Shown here: piece by piece, positions 45,011-54,709 of the stretch
Layout: every line of letters starts with the position of its first letter
Position numbering within the stretch: position 1 is the first letter of the stretch
Origin: a virus
Lineage: Duplodnaviria; Caudoviricetes
IMG/VR virus record: IMGVR_UViG_3300032293_000861
Location: 1-58,743 of that record
Strand: one strand, 5' to 3'
DNA length: 58,743 nt
Notes under the pieces: model-generated
What the model saw: the letters and a program-made list of their open reading frames with translations, nothing else
The model's database searches: none
Told to the model about the DNA's origin: nothing
Position numbers and translations under genes: made by a program

Positions 45011-45490
45011 TTACTTTTGTTTTCTCCAATAACACGCGATAAGATAAGCGTCGATCATCCCGTCATGGGGGATTGTCGCCTTGTCTGATTTTGTCCAATC
45101 CTCGCCGGGGGATAACTGTTCAGCCACGGTCAGCGCAGCAGCCTTCGTTCCCTTGCCCTTGGATCCTACCAGCATATTCTTCTGCCAGTGGTGGACTTCA
45201 ACAGGAACCGTTTGCCACCCCTTCATCTCACACGCCCCTAGGATCTTGCCGAAGTTCATCGCCATCGACCGCATTGCCTGAGAGCTTTTGGCGTGGCGCA
45301 AGGGTTCCTCGACCACGATACAGGGTTCAGTGTGCAGGGCGAGGATCCAATCGCGGAGCATGGGGACATCCACTTCGGACTTACCATTCCGCTTGAGGAT
45401 CGGCATGACACGCTTCGCGATAATTTTGCCGTGACTACGCGAGATTGCGCAGAGTCCTCCATCGATCCCGTTATCGATCCCGATGATCAT
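45011..45490 (-). CDS. RuvC-like Holliday junction resolvase
   Basis: IIGIDNG, VVEE, FG..LG, WQK and DGMIDAYLIA motifs. Confidence 0.85.
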   Translation of the reverse strand: MIIGIDNGIDGGLCAISRSHGKIIAKRVMPILKRNGKSEVDVPMLRDWILALHTEPCIVVEEPLRHAKSSQAMRSMAMNFGKILGACEMKGWQTVPVEVHHWQKNMLVGSKGKGTKAAALTVAEQLSPGEDWTKSDKATIPHDGMIDAYLIACYWRKQK

Positions 45491-46185
45491 CCTTCGTCCT
45501 CGACCTCGATCTCAACCTCACCGTCAACTTCGTCGTCCTCGACCTCAACGTCGATGACCTTACCCTTGTTCTGCCGCAGTGCCTTGACATCGATGGTGTG
45601 GGTGGGGACTCCCCCTACACCCACCGCACCTCCGTTGAGCGCAGCCTTGCTGTTGGTCAGGATCGATACGTCGATGCTGATCTTGCCGCGACCACCACCA
45701 GATCGTGCATCAAGGCCGAAGCTGCGCCGGATGATCTGGTCAAGTTGGTCAAGCTCGCGGATGTTCTTGGCGGGTTTAACCAACTTAAGGCTATCCCGCA
45801 TTAGCTTGACCGCACCAGCGGCAATGTAGCTCTGATACTTCTCAGCGGGGGATGTCTGTGCAGCAGCGTGTTCCAAGATCGCCAGATCTTCTGCTTGCCG
45901 TTCATTGGTCTTCTCAAGCCGGATCGAGTCACTGAGAACCCCGGTCAGGTTCGTGGTAAGGACTTCCTCTACAGGGTCAACCTTCGGTTCTCCTAGCTTT
46001 GTGTTAGTGTGGTAGCGACTCTCCTTTGGGGGGATCCCCAACTCACGCAACCATCGACGGAGGGTTGATTTCGAGATCTGCAACTCCTGCATGATGCGGG
46101 GCTGCGGGATATCCTGATTGTGCAGATCAATAGCCCTCTGCCTTAACTGATCCTTTTGGAGTTGGTGTTTGGTCAATTTGGGCAT
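45487..46185 (-). CDS. HTH protein, probable terminase small subunit
   Basis: N-terminal HTH (RIMQELQISKSTLRRWL), helical middle and acidic tail; adjacent (divergent) to TerL. Confidence 0.6.
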   Translation of the reverse strand: MPKLTKHQLQKDQLRQRAIDLHNQDIPQPRIMQELQISKSTLRRWLRELGIPPKESRYHTNTKLGEPKVDPVEEVLTTNLTGVLSDSIRLEKTNERQAEDLAILEHAAAQTSPAEKYQSYIAAGAVKLMRDSLKLVKPAKNIRELDQLDQIIRRSFGLDARSGGGRGKISIDVSILTNSKAALNGGAVGVGGVPTHTIDVKALRQNKGKVIDVEVEDDEVDGEVEIEVEDEG

Positions 46186-46208
46186 ACTTTGAATAACAGA
46201 TCCCCATT

Positions 46209-47993
46209 ATGGCAAACAAGTCAAGGCTGGAGCCGAAGGTTGATCCAAAAACCCAGTTGATGCAGGTTGGTGATTTTACGATCCCACCCACCACATTACT
46301 GACTGGGCTGCTCTTTGGATTCGCAAAACACAACGTCGTCAAGGAGAAGGAGTATTACTTCTGGCGGATCTGCGATGTCCTCTGGAATGACCCTGACAGG
46401 TGTCCGGAGCCGATGATGGTCAAGCACCCGTGGGCGGAGTTGATGATCCGGGAAGCTCTGGAACATAAGTATCTGTCCATCGGCGGGTCTGCCAGTTCCG
46501 GTAAGTCACATACCATGGCGGCGTTTGGGATTGTCAATTGGTTATCCCAGCCCAACGAGACCCTGATCCTGATGACCTCAACGACCCTGCAAGGTGCGCG
46601 GACACGTATCTGGGGGTCCGTGATCTCGTTGATGTCTGTCATTGAAGATTTCGCCCCCTGCAAGATTCGGGACTCCATCGGCAGTATCGCCTACACCAAT
46701 GACAAGGGGACGCTGATCGAACGGGCGGGGCTGCGACTCATCGCGGCAGAGAAGTCCAAGACTCGCGAAGCAGTCGGGAAGTTCATCGGTATCAAACAGA
46801 AGAGAGTCTTCGTTATCGCGGATGAGTTGTCAGAACTCAGCGAGGCGATTCTCAATGCGGGTCTCTCCAACTTGTCGAAGAACGAAGAGCTACACATCAT
46901 CGGCATGTCGAACCCCTCCTCCCGGTTCAACGCCTTTGGTATCTGGTCTGAGCCAAAGGACGGGTGGAACAGTGTTGATGTCCAGCTACACGATTCGTGG
47001 GGGACCAAGTGGGGTGGGCGCTATGTGAGGCTCGACGGTGAGCGCAGCCCGAACATCGTAGCGGGGGAGACCCTGTATCCTTGGCTACCTACCTTTGATA
47101 AGGTAGAGGAGGACAAGGCGATTCTGGGCGAAGACTCACGGGCCTACATGCGAATGGTCCGCGCCGTGTTCTTCGACGGGGATGAGAACGAGAGCATCTA
47201 CAGTGAGACGGAACTGGTCAACACCGGAGCGGTGAGTCCTGCGGATTGGCAGTCCAAACCAGTCCTTGTCGCGGGGCTTGACCCAGCCTTCACCAACGGG
47301 GGTGACCGAACAGTTCTCTTTTTTGCCCAGATAGGCTACGAGAAGAGCGGGAGCTTCTCCATCGAGTTCCTTAACCATTACTTGCTGTCGGATGATGCCA
47401 CCAACAAGGCAGTGCCGCGCACCTACCAGATCGTTAAGCAGGTTGTTGATCTCTGCAAGAAGCACAAGGTGTCGGCGGAAAACCTTGCGGTCGATGCCAC
47501 GGGCGCGGGGTCGCCGTTCTGTGATGTCCTAGCGGGGGAGTGGAGCGGCGACTTCCTGCGCGTCAGCTTCGGGGGCAGGGCATCGGACAGGCGCGTCAGT
47601 GCAAACAGCAAGCTGGTTGGCGAAGAACTTTACGTTAACCGTGTATCCGAACTCTGGTTCGTGGGCAAGGAACTGATGCGAACTCGACAACTGCGGGGTG
47701 TATCTTCCGAATTGGCGCGAGAGATAACGAACCGGAACTATGATTTGGTCAAGTCTGGGACTCTTCGGGTCAAGGTCGAGACCAAACCGGAGTATAAGGC
47801 GCGGATGGGCAGAAGCCCGGATTTGGCTGATGCAGCCTTCCTTGCGCTCGACTGCGCCCGTCAGCGGATGGGGTTGGTGGCCGTGGAACCCCGAACCCAG
47901 AATCAGGAATCAGGGTTCAAGAGACATCAAACGAAGAACATTAAGTCACTGAGAATGAGTCTGTCATCGGAGGATTCCACACTCATGGATTAG
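46209..47993 (+). CDS. terL: terminase large subunit
   Basis: Walker A GSASSGKS, Walker B VIADE, coupling motif SNP, nuclease GLDPA..GGD, VDATGAG and SPDLADA. Confidence 0.9.
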   Translation: MANKSRLEPKVDPKTQLMQVGDFTIPPTTLLTGLLFGFAKHNVVKEKEYYFWRICDVLWNDPDRCPEPMMVKHPWAELMIREALEHKYLSIGGSASSGKSHTMAAFGIVNWLSQPNETLILMTSTTLQGARTRIWGSVISLMSVIEDFAPCKIRDSIGSIAYTNDKGTLIERAGLRLIAAEKSKTREAVGKFIGIKQKRVFVIADELSELSEAILNAGLSNLSKNEELHIIGMSNPSSRFNAFGIWSEPKDGWNSVDVQLHDSWGTKWGGRYVRLDGERSPNIVAGETLYPWLPTFDKVEEDKAILGEDSRAYMRMVRAVFFDGDENESIYSETELVNTGAVSPADWQSKPVLVAGLDPAFTNGGDRTVLFFAQIGYEKSGSFSIEFLNHYLLSDDATNKAVPRTYQIVKQVVDLCKKHKVSAENLAVDATGAGSPFCDVLAGEWSGDFLRVSFGGRASDRRVSANSKLVGEELYVNRVSELWFVGKELMRTRQLRGVSSELAREITNRNYDLVKSGTLRVKVETKPEYKARMGRSPDLADAAFLALDCARQRMGLVAVEPRTQNQESGFKRHQTKNIKSLRMSLSSEDSTLMD

Positions 47994-48028
47994 CTTCCGG
48001 GTGCAGGATACAGGGATCAGGAGGGTGT

Positions 48029-48149
48029 TTTTGTTTTTTACCCCCCTACATAAAAAGTCTTTTCTAACTACTGGGTTACGCTTATACGTATAACTGTAAC
48101 CCACCCCCTACGGGGACTTTTCAAATAGGGGGGTAGGATCGTGTGTAGT
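48029..48149 (-). repeat. ~120-bp element, copy 2 (inverted) with the 32-bp palindrome carrying 2 mismatches (48072-48103)
   Basis: Reverse complement aligns with 19794-19915. Confidence 0.92.
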
Positions 48150-48265
48150 CGTTGTGGTAATTCAGATAGCTCATATTAAAGCCTACGTTGCATATGGGAG
48201 AGGGTGCATCCCATACACAAGGCAGGGTTGCATACAGTGTCCACATGGGGGATCACTTACGCACA

Positions 48266-48300
48266 TAACACTTGAAGTCATGTGGTTTTTAAGGCATCCT
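48266..48300 (+). promoter_or_regulatory. putative late promoter TAACAC-TTG...TTTTTAAGGCATC, shared with 51164-51198
   Basis: TTGAAG-17-CATCCT here and TTGCTG-17-CATCTT at 51170; both lie just upstream of an ATG. Confidence 0.55.
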
Positions 48301-48308
48301 TTGTGGTT

Positions 48309-48671
48309 ATGTCTTGCTCCACTCAAACTCTCTGTCTAACGGCTGGACAGATCTGGGATATGCCCTTGACGTTTACGGATGATGCTGGATACCCCATCAA
48401 CCTTACAGGGACCACTGTGCATTTTATGGCGAAGAGTAACCTCGCTGATTCTGACGGGAGTGCTTTGGTGAACATCTCACAGGCTACCCACGTAAACGCT
48501 ATCCGTGGGGAGACAACGCTACGGGTAAATCTTTCCTCGCTTGCCTCAAGCTATTTTGTTTCTGGGGGAATCTTGAAAGCTTCCTTATGGCTTCAAGATG
48601 CCAATGGGGACCGTATCCCGTATGGGCTTCTGGATCTGGATATTCAACCATCTGCCAAATATAAACCGTAG
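48309..48671 (+). CDS. Ig-like (BppU N-terminal-like) tail/receptor-binding adaptor protein
   Basis: GQIWDMPLTFTDDAGYPINLTGTTVHF pattern; precedes the fibre gene; start at ATG 48309. Confidence 0.6.
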   Translation: MSCSTQTLCLTAGQIWDMPLTFTDDAGYPINLTGTTVHFMAKSNLADSDGSALVNISQATHVNAIRGETTLRVNLSSLASSYFVSGGILKASLWLQDANGDRIPYGLLDLDIQPSAKYKP

Positions 48672-48677
48672 TTCTGT

Positions 48678-50678
48678 ATGAGTAATGGTATTATCCGCAT
48701 TCAGTCCGGTAAAGGTGGTAAGGTAGTCCTACCCGCCAAAGGGGACATCGTAGCAGTATCCGGGAAGCAGGGTCCGAGTGGACCTACTGGCGCTGCTGGC
48801 GCAACCGGGGCTACCGGGGCTACCGGAGCAACCGGAGCAACCGGGGCTGCTGGTGCTACTGGTGCGCCCGGAGCAACCGGAGCAACCGGAGCAACCGGAG
48901 CAACCGGAGCTAAAGGAGACACTGGAGCAACCGGGGCTGCTGGACCCAATACGGTCACTACGTCCACGACCACTCCTATAAATGGTGTTCTTAAAGGTAA
49001 TGGGTCTACTATTGCTCAAGCTACTGCTGGGACTGATTACATTGCCCCAAATACGGACGCGACCCTTACTAACCTAACGGTTACTTCGCTTCGGGGGGTG
49101 GCGGGTGCAAAGGCTCAACTTCAGTTTCCTGATTTTACCACATATGGGACAAATAGGTTTGTCGGGACAGGAACCGGAGCGACTGGTTTTAATTTGACCG
49201 AGCTTTACGACGGGGCAGGGAACCGAATTGGTTATGTCTACTGTGATGCTACGGGGGGTATGAGCTTTGCCAATGAGCGATCAGGAAGTCTCAAGTTCCT
49301 ATCCAATGGTGTTGATCGACTCACTGTTTACTCAGGGGGTGGGGCATATCTTGGGAATGCACCCAGCGACCCCGGCGCATTCAACTTCAAGGTTCAAGGC
49401 ACGGTAGAAGCTGGAGATGGGTTTATCTACACCCCCACAACCCTTGCAAACTGGACCAGCGGTGCTGACCCCGGAATGGTAAAGGATGCCCTCGACCAAC
49501 TTGCCTCACGGACAAAGACGCTGGAGACCACTGGTGGTAGCGGCACTAACGGGTGGAGTCCTGTATTTGCTGTCGTATCTGATGGTGAGCGCAGGGTTCT
49601 TCAAGTCGCGGACTGGCAAGGAGGGACCGGGACCAAACCTACAACTGGGCTTTATGTTGGGACTACAGGGCTTGTAGCACTTATTGCAAATGGTGTTGAT
49701 GTTCGTGGAGCAACCGGGGCGACAGGTGCAACCGGGGCTACGGGGGCTGCTGGCGCAACCGGGGCTGCGGGACCAAACACGGTCACTACGTCCACGACTA
49801 CTAATATTACAGGTCTACTCAAAGGTAACGGAACAACCGTTGCTCAAGCTACTGCCGGAACCGACTTCGTTGCCACTAACGACTCGCGCCTAACCGATGC
49901 GAGGACACCGACAAGCCACGTTCATGGAGGCATCTCAAACGATGGTGCTATCGGAACGACTCCCGGTCTACCAATTAAAACAGGAACCAGCGGAGTCCTT
50001 GAGGTGGGAGCGTTTGGTAGTTCGGCTGGTCAATTCGCTCAAGGTAACGATTCGCGATTCCACGACCGTAGCCACGCGATCACTTCAACTTCAGACCACA
50101 CTGCCGGAAACTGGAAAGTATTTCACTCCAACGACAGCGGACAACTTGTTGAGCTTGCCCTTGGCGCAAACGGGACTTTCTTAAAGAGTAACGGCACTGC
50201 TGCCGCACCCTCCTTCGCGACTCCTGCGGGAGGAGGCGGGGAATATGCGATCCTCGACGAAGATAATTTTGTAGATACAATTGGGACGCTAGCAGCGGTC
50301 CCCGGTATGTCTTTCTCGATTGCTGGAGGGGAGGCGGTAACCGCAATCTTCTCTGGATACTGGGCAACCGGAGGGTCAAACTACGGGTTTAAGTATGACT
50401 TTACTGGACCCTCTTCCCCAACTTTTGTGACTTATAGTGAATATGCGTTTACGGCACTCGCCGCAGCACGAACTATCGGCACATCCGTCTCCGCGTTTGA
50501 AACTCTAAAAGAGCAAGGTGCTGCGACCATTGGTTCGTATTTCCCGATCACTATTCAAATTACTGTTATTGCCTCTTCTGGTAACGGAGGAACGGTAGCG
50601 TTACGAATGGCAGGAGAGTCTTCTAATGCTTCTTTCAATCTTTTACGTGGATTTACAATGCATGTTATGCGTGCCTAA
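48678..50678 (+). CDS. tail fibre protein with collagen-like (GAT)n repeats
   Basis: Two G-X-T collagen blocks, [15 protein letters not shown] fibre motifs; followed by a chaperone-like gene. Confidence 0.85.
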   Translation: MSNGIIRIQSGKGGKVVLPAKGDIVAVSGKQGPSGPTGAAGATGATGATGATGATGAAGATGAPGATGATGATGATGAKGDTGATGAAGPNTVTTSTTTPINGVLKGNGSTIAQATAGTDYIAPNTDATLTNLTVTSLRGVAGAKAQLQFPDFTTYGTNRFVGTGTGATGFNLTELYDGAGNRIGYVYCDATGGMSFANERSGSLKFLSNGVDRLTVYSGGGAYLGNAPSDPGAFNFKVQGTVEAGDGFIYTPTTLANWTSGADPGMVKDALDQLASRTKTLETTGGSGTNGWSPVFAVVSDGERRVLQVADWQGGTGTKPTTGLYVGTTGLVALIANGVDVRGATGATGATGATGAAGATGAAGPNTVTTSTTTNITGLLKGNGTTVAQATAGTDFVATNDSRLTDARTPTSHVHGGISNDGAIGTTPGLPIKTGTSGVLEVGAFGSSAGQFAQGNDSRFHDRSHAITSTSDHTAGNWKVFHSNDSGQLVELALGANGTFLKSNGTAAAPSFATPAGGGGEYAILDEDNFVDTIGTLAAVPGMSFSIAGGEAVTAIFSGYWATGGSNYGFKYDFTGPSSPTFVTYSEYAFTALAAARTIGTSVSAFETLKEQGAATIGSYFPITIQITVIASSGNGGTVALRMAGESSNASFNLLRGFTMHVMRA

Positions 50679-51112
50679 TGATCTCAACACACGACATCCT
50701 TTCGATTGCTTGGCCCAACCGTGGAGGTTGGCGCGTCTACGGTGATGAAATCACCGCAGGAGACGGTGGTCCTATCCCTACGATGGAAGAGATCGAAGCG
50801 GCACGACCTGCGGCTGAGATCGCCCACGCCGCGCATCTAGCGGCAGCGACCCTCGCAAATACAAGGGCTAACCTGATCCTCACCCGCGCCCAGTTCGGCG
50901 AGATGCTGATCCGTAAAGGACTCAAGGCAACCGTTCTTGCAGCTATTGCAGCCATCCAGAACCAGACCGAACGGGACATTATGACTGAATGGTTTGAATA
51001 TGCACCTACCGTGCGTCGAACCTCCCCGAAAGTCGAGGCGATCCGGCAGCAATTACTCATCGACGCAGACGACGTAGATGACTGGTTCACCGAAGCAATG
51101 ACCTACGAGTGA
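50678..51112 (+). CDS. tail fibre assembly/chaperone-like protein
   Basis: PIPTMEEI and LTRAQF...WFEYA..VRRTSP...DDWF motifs; TAATG overlap with the fibre gene. Confidence 0.65.
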   Translation: MISTHDILSIAWPNRGGWRVYGDEITAGDGGPIPTMEEIEAARPAAEIAHAAHLAAATLANTRANLILTRAQFGEMLIRKGLKATVLAAIAAIQNQTERDIMTEWFEYAPTVRRTSPKVEAIRQQLLIDADDVDDWFTEAMTYE

Positions 51113-51121
51113 GATCAGATT

Positions 51122-51153
51122 GGATGTTCACGCACCCGTGAACATCCTGTTTC
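51122..51153 (+). terminator. probable terminator hairpin
   Basis: GGATGTTCACG-CACC-CGTGAACATCC followed by TGTTT. Confidence 0.6.
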
Positions 51154-51163
51154 CTGCATCATA

Positions 51164-51198
51164 TAACACTTGCTGTCATTTGATTTTTAAGGCATCTT
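51164..51198 (+). promoter_or_regulatory. putative late promoter, second copy
   Basis: TAACACTTGCTGTCATTTGATTTTTAAGGCATC matches the 48266 motif. Confidence 0.55.
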
Positions 51199-51204
51199 TT
51201 AGGG

Positions 51205-51498
51205 ATGCCTAATCAACGCTTCAAGCGACTACCCGGAGGAGGAATACGCTACATGGGAGAAACCTATCCCGGTTTCAACAAGCCCAAGCAAGCCCCCGAA
51301 GGGTCGAAGAAGAAGTTCGTTGTGTTGGGTAAGGAAGGCGAGAAAGTCAAAAAGGTATCCTATGGACACCGGGACTACGAAGACTTCCGGCAGCACAAGG
51401 ATCCGAAACGTCGAGCAAATTTCCGCGCCCGCCACAACTGTGAGTCGGCTACTGATAAAACCACTGCCCGACATTGGGCTTGCAAACACCTCTGGTAA
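51205..51498 (+). CDS. DUF5754-like small basic protein
   Basis: KKVSYGHRDYEDFRQHKDPKRRANFRARHNC...ARHWACKHLW. Confidence 0.7.
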   Translation: MPNQRFKRLPGGGIRYMGETYPGFNKPKQAPEGSKKKFVVLGKEGEKVKKVSYGHRDYEDFRQHKDPKRRANFRARHNCESATDKTTARHWACKHLW

Positions 51499-51500
51499 CC

Positions 51501-52712
51501 ATGGCAACGACCGCATTTGGAACTTCTTTTAGTTCTGGTAGATCTTCCGGAGCCGGATACGGCACTTCGATTCAGAGGGACACTCTAGGCACTCCTACAA
51601 ACACCGTAGCGGGTAACTGGAATGATTCTGTAGAAGCTAGACGAATGCGTCTTGAAGAGGAGCGTAACGCAAAAAAACTTGAGACGGAAGGATCTAGTTA
51701 TCCGACTAACGCGGAAGAGCGTGAAGAGAAGGAGTTTGCAAAAGCTGTAGAAGACCGCATCAAAGCTGAAGAAAAAGCTGCCGCTGAGAAAGCTGCCGCT
51801 GAGAAAGCTGCGGCTGAGAAAGCTGCGGCTGAGAAAGCTGCGGCTGAGAAAGCTAAACGCGATAGGGATGCTGCCGCTAAGGGGGAAACCCAAACAGGTG
51901 TCCTTGAAGCACCGCCTTCCCCATCCCCGTCCGTCGAACCACAAACCCGATCAGTAAAGCCAGAAACACCCGCAGCTACCACTACTCCTGATCAAATCAG
52001 GGCGCGTCAAGATATTGCACGCAATCTTCGTTCAGCTTTAGGTGCAGAAGATGGGCGTGATAAAGATGAGATGATCGCAGGGCTTAAAGCCGAGGCTAAA
52101 AGTGCTGGGGTGTCTGATACAGCCTTTGATTCGTTCATGGATCGTGAGCTAGCAAGGCCCACCCAAGGTCAGTTAACTGCCCGACAAGAGGTTGCTAACC
52201 GTTTGAAGGCGGGTATCCGAAGTGGTGATTTTAATGTTATCAGTGCAGCCAAGGAAGACGCTATTAATGCTGGAGTTGGGTATGATCTTGATAGATTTAT
52301 AGCTAGGCAAGAAGAAGAACTTGCCAGACGGGGTGAGATTACTAATAGAGTAGGTCTTGAAGGCAAGGGTAGTGGACTTGATGAATACTACCAGACGCAG
52401 ACCGAAAAATCCCGTGGAGTCCCCCTTGGCTTTTCTTCTGGTAAGGGGCGACCCATTGCCCCTGCTCACCGGATCCACACTCGCCTAAATAGACTCGTTA
52501 ACAGAAGAACCTACGAAGGCGAACGAGATAGGAGCATCTCACCCGAAGCTGCGGCTATGCGCTACGAGGAAGCTCTTGCACGACAACTTGGAGTCGATAG
52601 CCCACTTGATTACTTTAAAATGCAACGCGACCGTGCGGAAAAAAGACGCATTGCTCTTGAAGGAGGCGCACCAGAAGGCACAAACCTATATGGTTTTGGT
52701 GGACGACAATAA
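51501..52712 (+). CDS. putative internal virion/ejection protein with (EKAAA)n
   Basis: Helical, low-complexity; 15-bp repeat at 51771-51854; start at ATG 51501. Confidence 0.6.
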   Translation: MATTAFGTSFSSGRSSGAGYGTSIQRDTLGTPTNTVAGNWNDSVEARRMRLEEERNAKKLETEGSSYPTNAEEREEKEFAKAVEDRIKAEEKAAAEKAAAEKAAAEKAAAEKAAAEKAKRDRDAAAKGETQTGVLEAPPSPSPSVEPQTRSVKPETPAATTTPDQIRARQDIARNLRSALGAEDGRDKDEMIAGLKAEAKSAGVSDTAFDSFMDRELARPTQGQLTARQEVANRLKAGIRSGDFNVISAAKEDAINAGVGYDLDRFIARQEEELARRGEITNRVGLEGKGSGLDEYYQTQTEKSRGVPLGFSSGKGRPIAPAHRIHTRLNRLVNRRTYEGERDRSISPEAAAMRYEEALARQLGVDSPLDYFKMQRDRAEKRRIALEGGAPEGTNLYGFGGRQ

Positions 52713-52740
52713 GGGTTTTAAACTTTAACACACTAAGATT

Positions 52741-53673
52741 ATGGGTTATTCAGGACATAAAGGAGCTCCCGACGGTATGACTGGCACTCAACGTGCTCAG
52801 TATGAGGCGGATGTTAGTCATATTAAAAACTATTATACTCCAGAAGCCCTCAAAAGAACGGGTCGGCAAGAACTTGAAAAGGGCAGACTTATGGGGAATC
52901 TAAATGACCCATACTATAATACGTACAGAGAACTTGCGAAATCGGGGGATTACTCTAAAGCGGTGGGTATTTACCGAGGCTATCTGGCTGATAAAGAAGT
53001 CGCAGAAGGTATAAGACAACGCAACATAGCTTCTAGAATTGAAGGGGTAGCTAGTCCTGCTGGCGTCGGCGGCAGCGTCCGCAGCCGGGGCGGGGGCGGA
53101 GGCGGGGGCGGGGTCGGGGGTGGTATGTTTATTGGAGGGACTGCCGGAGTATACTCCGGTTCTTCTCAGTATCAAAATTATCTCAACAATCAAGGACAAC
53201 CTACGGCAGGTACACCAGCAGCCAGTATAAATTTTAGCTCCCGCGGGGGTAGGGGCAGAAAAGGAGCTATTCAAAGTGCTTATAGAAAAATTCTTGCCGC
53301 GAATAGTGCTCCACCATCAGCAACACCAACAGCACCATCAGATGTGACAACTGCCGCTAGGGTTGATGATAACGGGTTGGTGTATGGTATGGGGGTTGTT
53401 CCGTCTTCTACGCCAACATTTAAGGCTCCCCAGCTATCGCGTTTCGAGAATAAAAAACTTAAACAGATGGGGCAAACCCCTGAGTCTTTGTATGCACGGG
53501 GTATACAACAGAACCCACTTAATAATCAATATTTCGGGCAACCCCCGATTATTAACTCACCATTTTTTGGGCAGTCACCCACGATGGGCGGAAGGTTTGG
53601 TGGGCAAGCCATGTCTCCGTCTTCTCGACAATTTAGTGGGGTGAATAACCCATATACTGGACGGTTGATTTAG
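52741..53673 (+). CDS. Gly/Gln-rich putative internal virion protein
   Basis: 310-aa low-complexity ORF in the ejection-gene block. Confidence 0.55.
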   Translation: MGYSGHKGAPDGMTGTQRAQYEADVSHIKNYYTPEALKRTGRQELEKGRLMGNLNDPYYNTYRELAKSGDYSKAVGIYRGYLADKEVAEGIRQRNIASRIEGVASPAGVGGSVRSRGGGGGGGGVGGGMFIGGTAGVYSGSSQYQNYLNNQGQPTAGTPAASINFSSRGGRGRKGAIQSAYRKILAANSAPPSATPTAPSDVTTAARVDDNGLVYGMGVVPSSTPTFKAPQLSRFENKKLKQMGQTPESLYARGIQQNPLNNQYFGQPPIINSPFFGQSPTMGGRFGGQAMSPSSRQFSGVNNPYTGRLI

Positions 53674-53703
53674 AGAAATACATGCCACATAAAATAAGTT
53701 ATT

Positions 53704-54684
53704 ATGGCTGAGTCTATCTGGAGTTATGAAGGTGATGTAGCCCCTCAAAAAAACAGCTACTTTCCTGATGCAGCGCCATCCCGCGCAGGATCTCGATTCA
53801 CGTATTCGACTCCTGATGCGCAACGCTATGCCGCAGGAGTCCTTGCCCCTGCACAGGCTGCTATTCGTCAGGCAGAGGAAGACGAGCGCAAGAGGCGCGA
53901 CGACGAGTTGGTTTTCCAACGGAACAAAGCTCTTTTAGAAGAAGGAAAAGAGCAGTCGAGAATGCGCAGGGAAGCTCTGGAGTTTATTAACAACCCAGAG
54001 TTAGCAACTCAGCTATCCGCAATTGATCAAAAGATTCCCGTGGATCCAGTCCAAGCTCAGAAAGAACTGTCAGATTGGACGATGAAGAATATCTCTGGAA
54101 TTGAATCCAGTTCCGTTCTCAAAGAGAACATCGCTCAGATTCGTGAACGAATAAACCAAGCTCAGTTGGACACTCGTCAAAAAGATGCTGATCAGCTTAC
54201 CCGCGTTGAAATGTTGGTAAAGGCTAACAGCTTCGACAGAGCTAAAGAAGAAGCCGCAAAGATTAAGGATTCCGGCATTTTAGGAACCGCTAATGTTCTT
54301 TTGGAAGCTCAGGGGGCTGTTAATAAGTCCGCACAAGCCCAGTCAGATGCAACGGCAAAACAGCAGCAGGACAAAGATAGCCAAGCCACAGAGCAGAAAA
54401 GGTTTAGTGCAATGTTCTCTGATCTTAAAAGTATGGAGATGGTCATACCGACTCCGGCTTCAGGTGGTGGGCCAAACGCATCTATTAACAGGGAACCCGC
54501 TCTTAAACCAATTGAAAGAACTAGATTGAAAGGTTACGCAAAAATCTTTAAACTAGACCCGAACCTCCCAGATGAATCTTTATATCAGTCTGTGTGGGAA
54601 CAAGTGCTACCCTATGGGGTTGACGGTTCCAGTAATGGAGGTAATGTTGGTGAAGTTACTGGGAGGATGACACCAACCCCGTAG
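53704..54684 (+). CDS. coiled-coil putative internal virion protein
   Basis: 326-aa helical ORF just upstream of the giant gene. Confidence 0.6.
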   Translation: MAESIWSYEGDVAPQKNSYFPDAAPSRAGSRFTYSTPDAQRYAAGVLAPAQAAIRQAEEDERKRRDDELVFQRNKALLEEGKEQSRMRREALEFINNPELATQLSAIDQKIPVDPVQAQKELSDWTMKNISGIESSSVLKENIAQIRERINQAQLDTRQKDADQLTRVEMLVKANSFDRAKEEAAKIKDSGILGTANVLLEAQGAVNKSAQAQSDATAKQQQDKDSQATEQKRFSAMFSDLKSMEMVIPTPASGGGPNASINREPALKPIERTRLKGYAKIFKLDPNLPDESLYQSVWEQVLPYGVDGSSNGGNVGEVTGRMTPTP

Positions 54685-54709
54685 CAAAACCAACAGCATC
54701 GTTTTAGGA

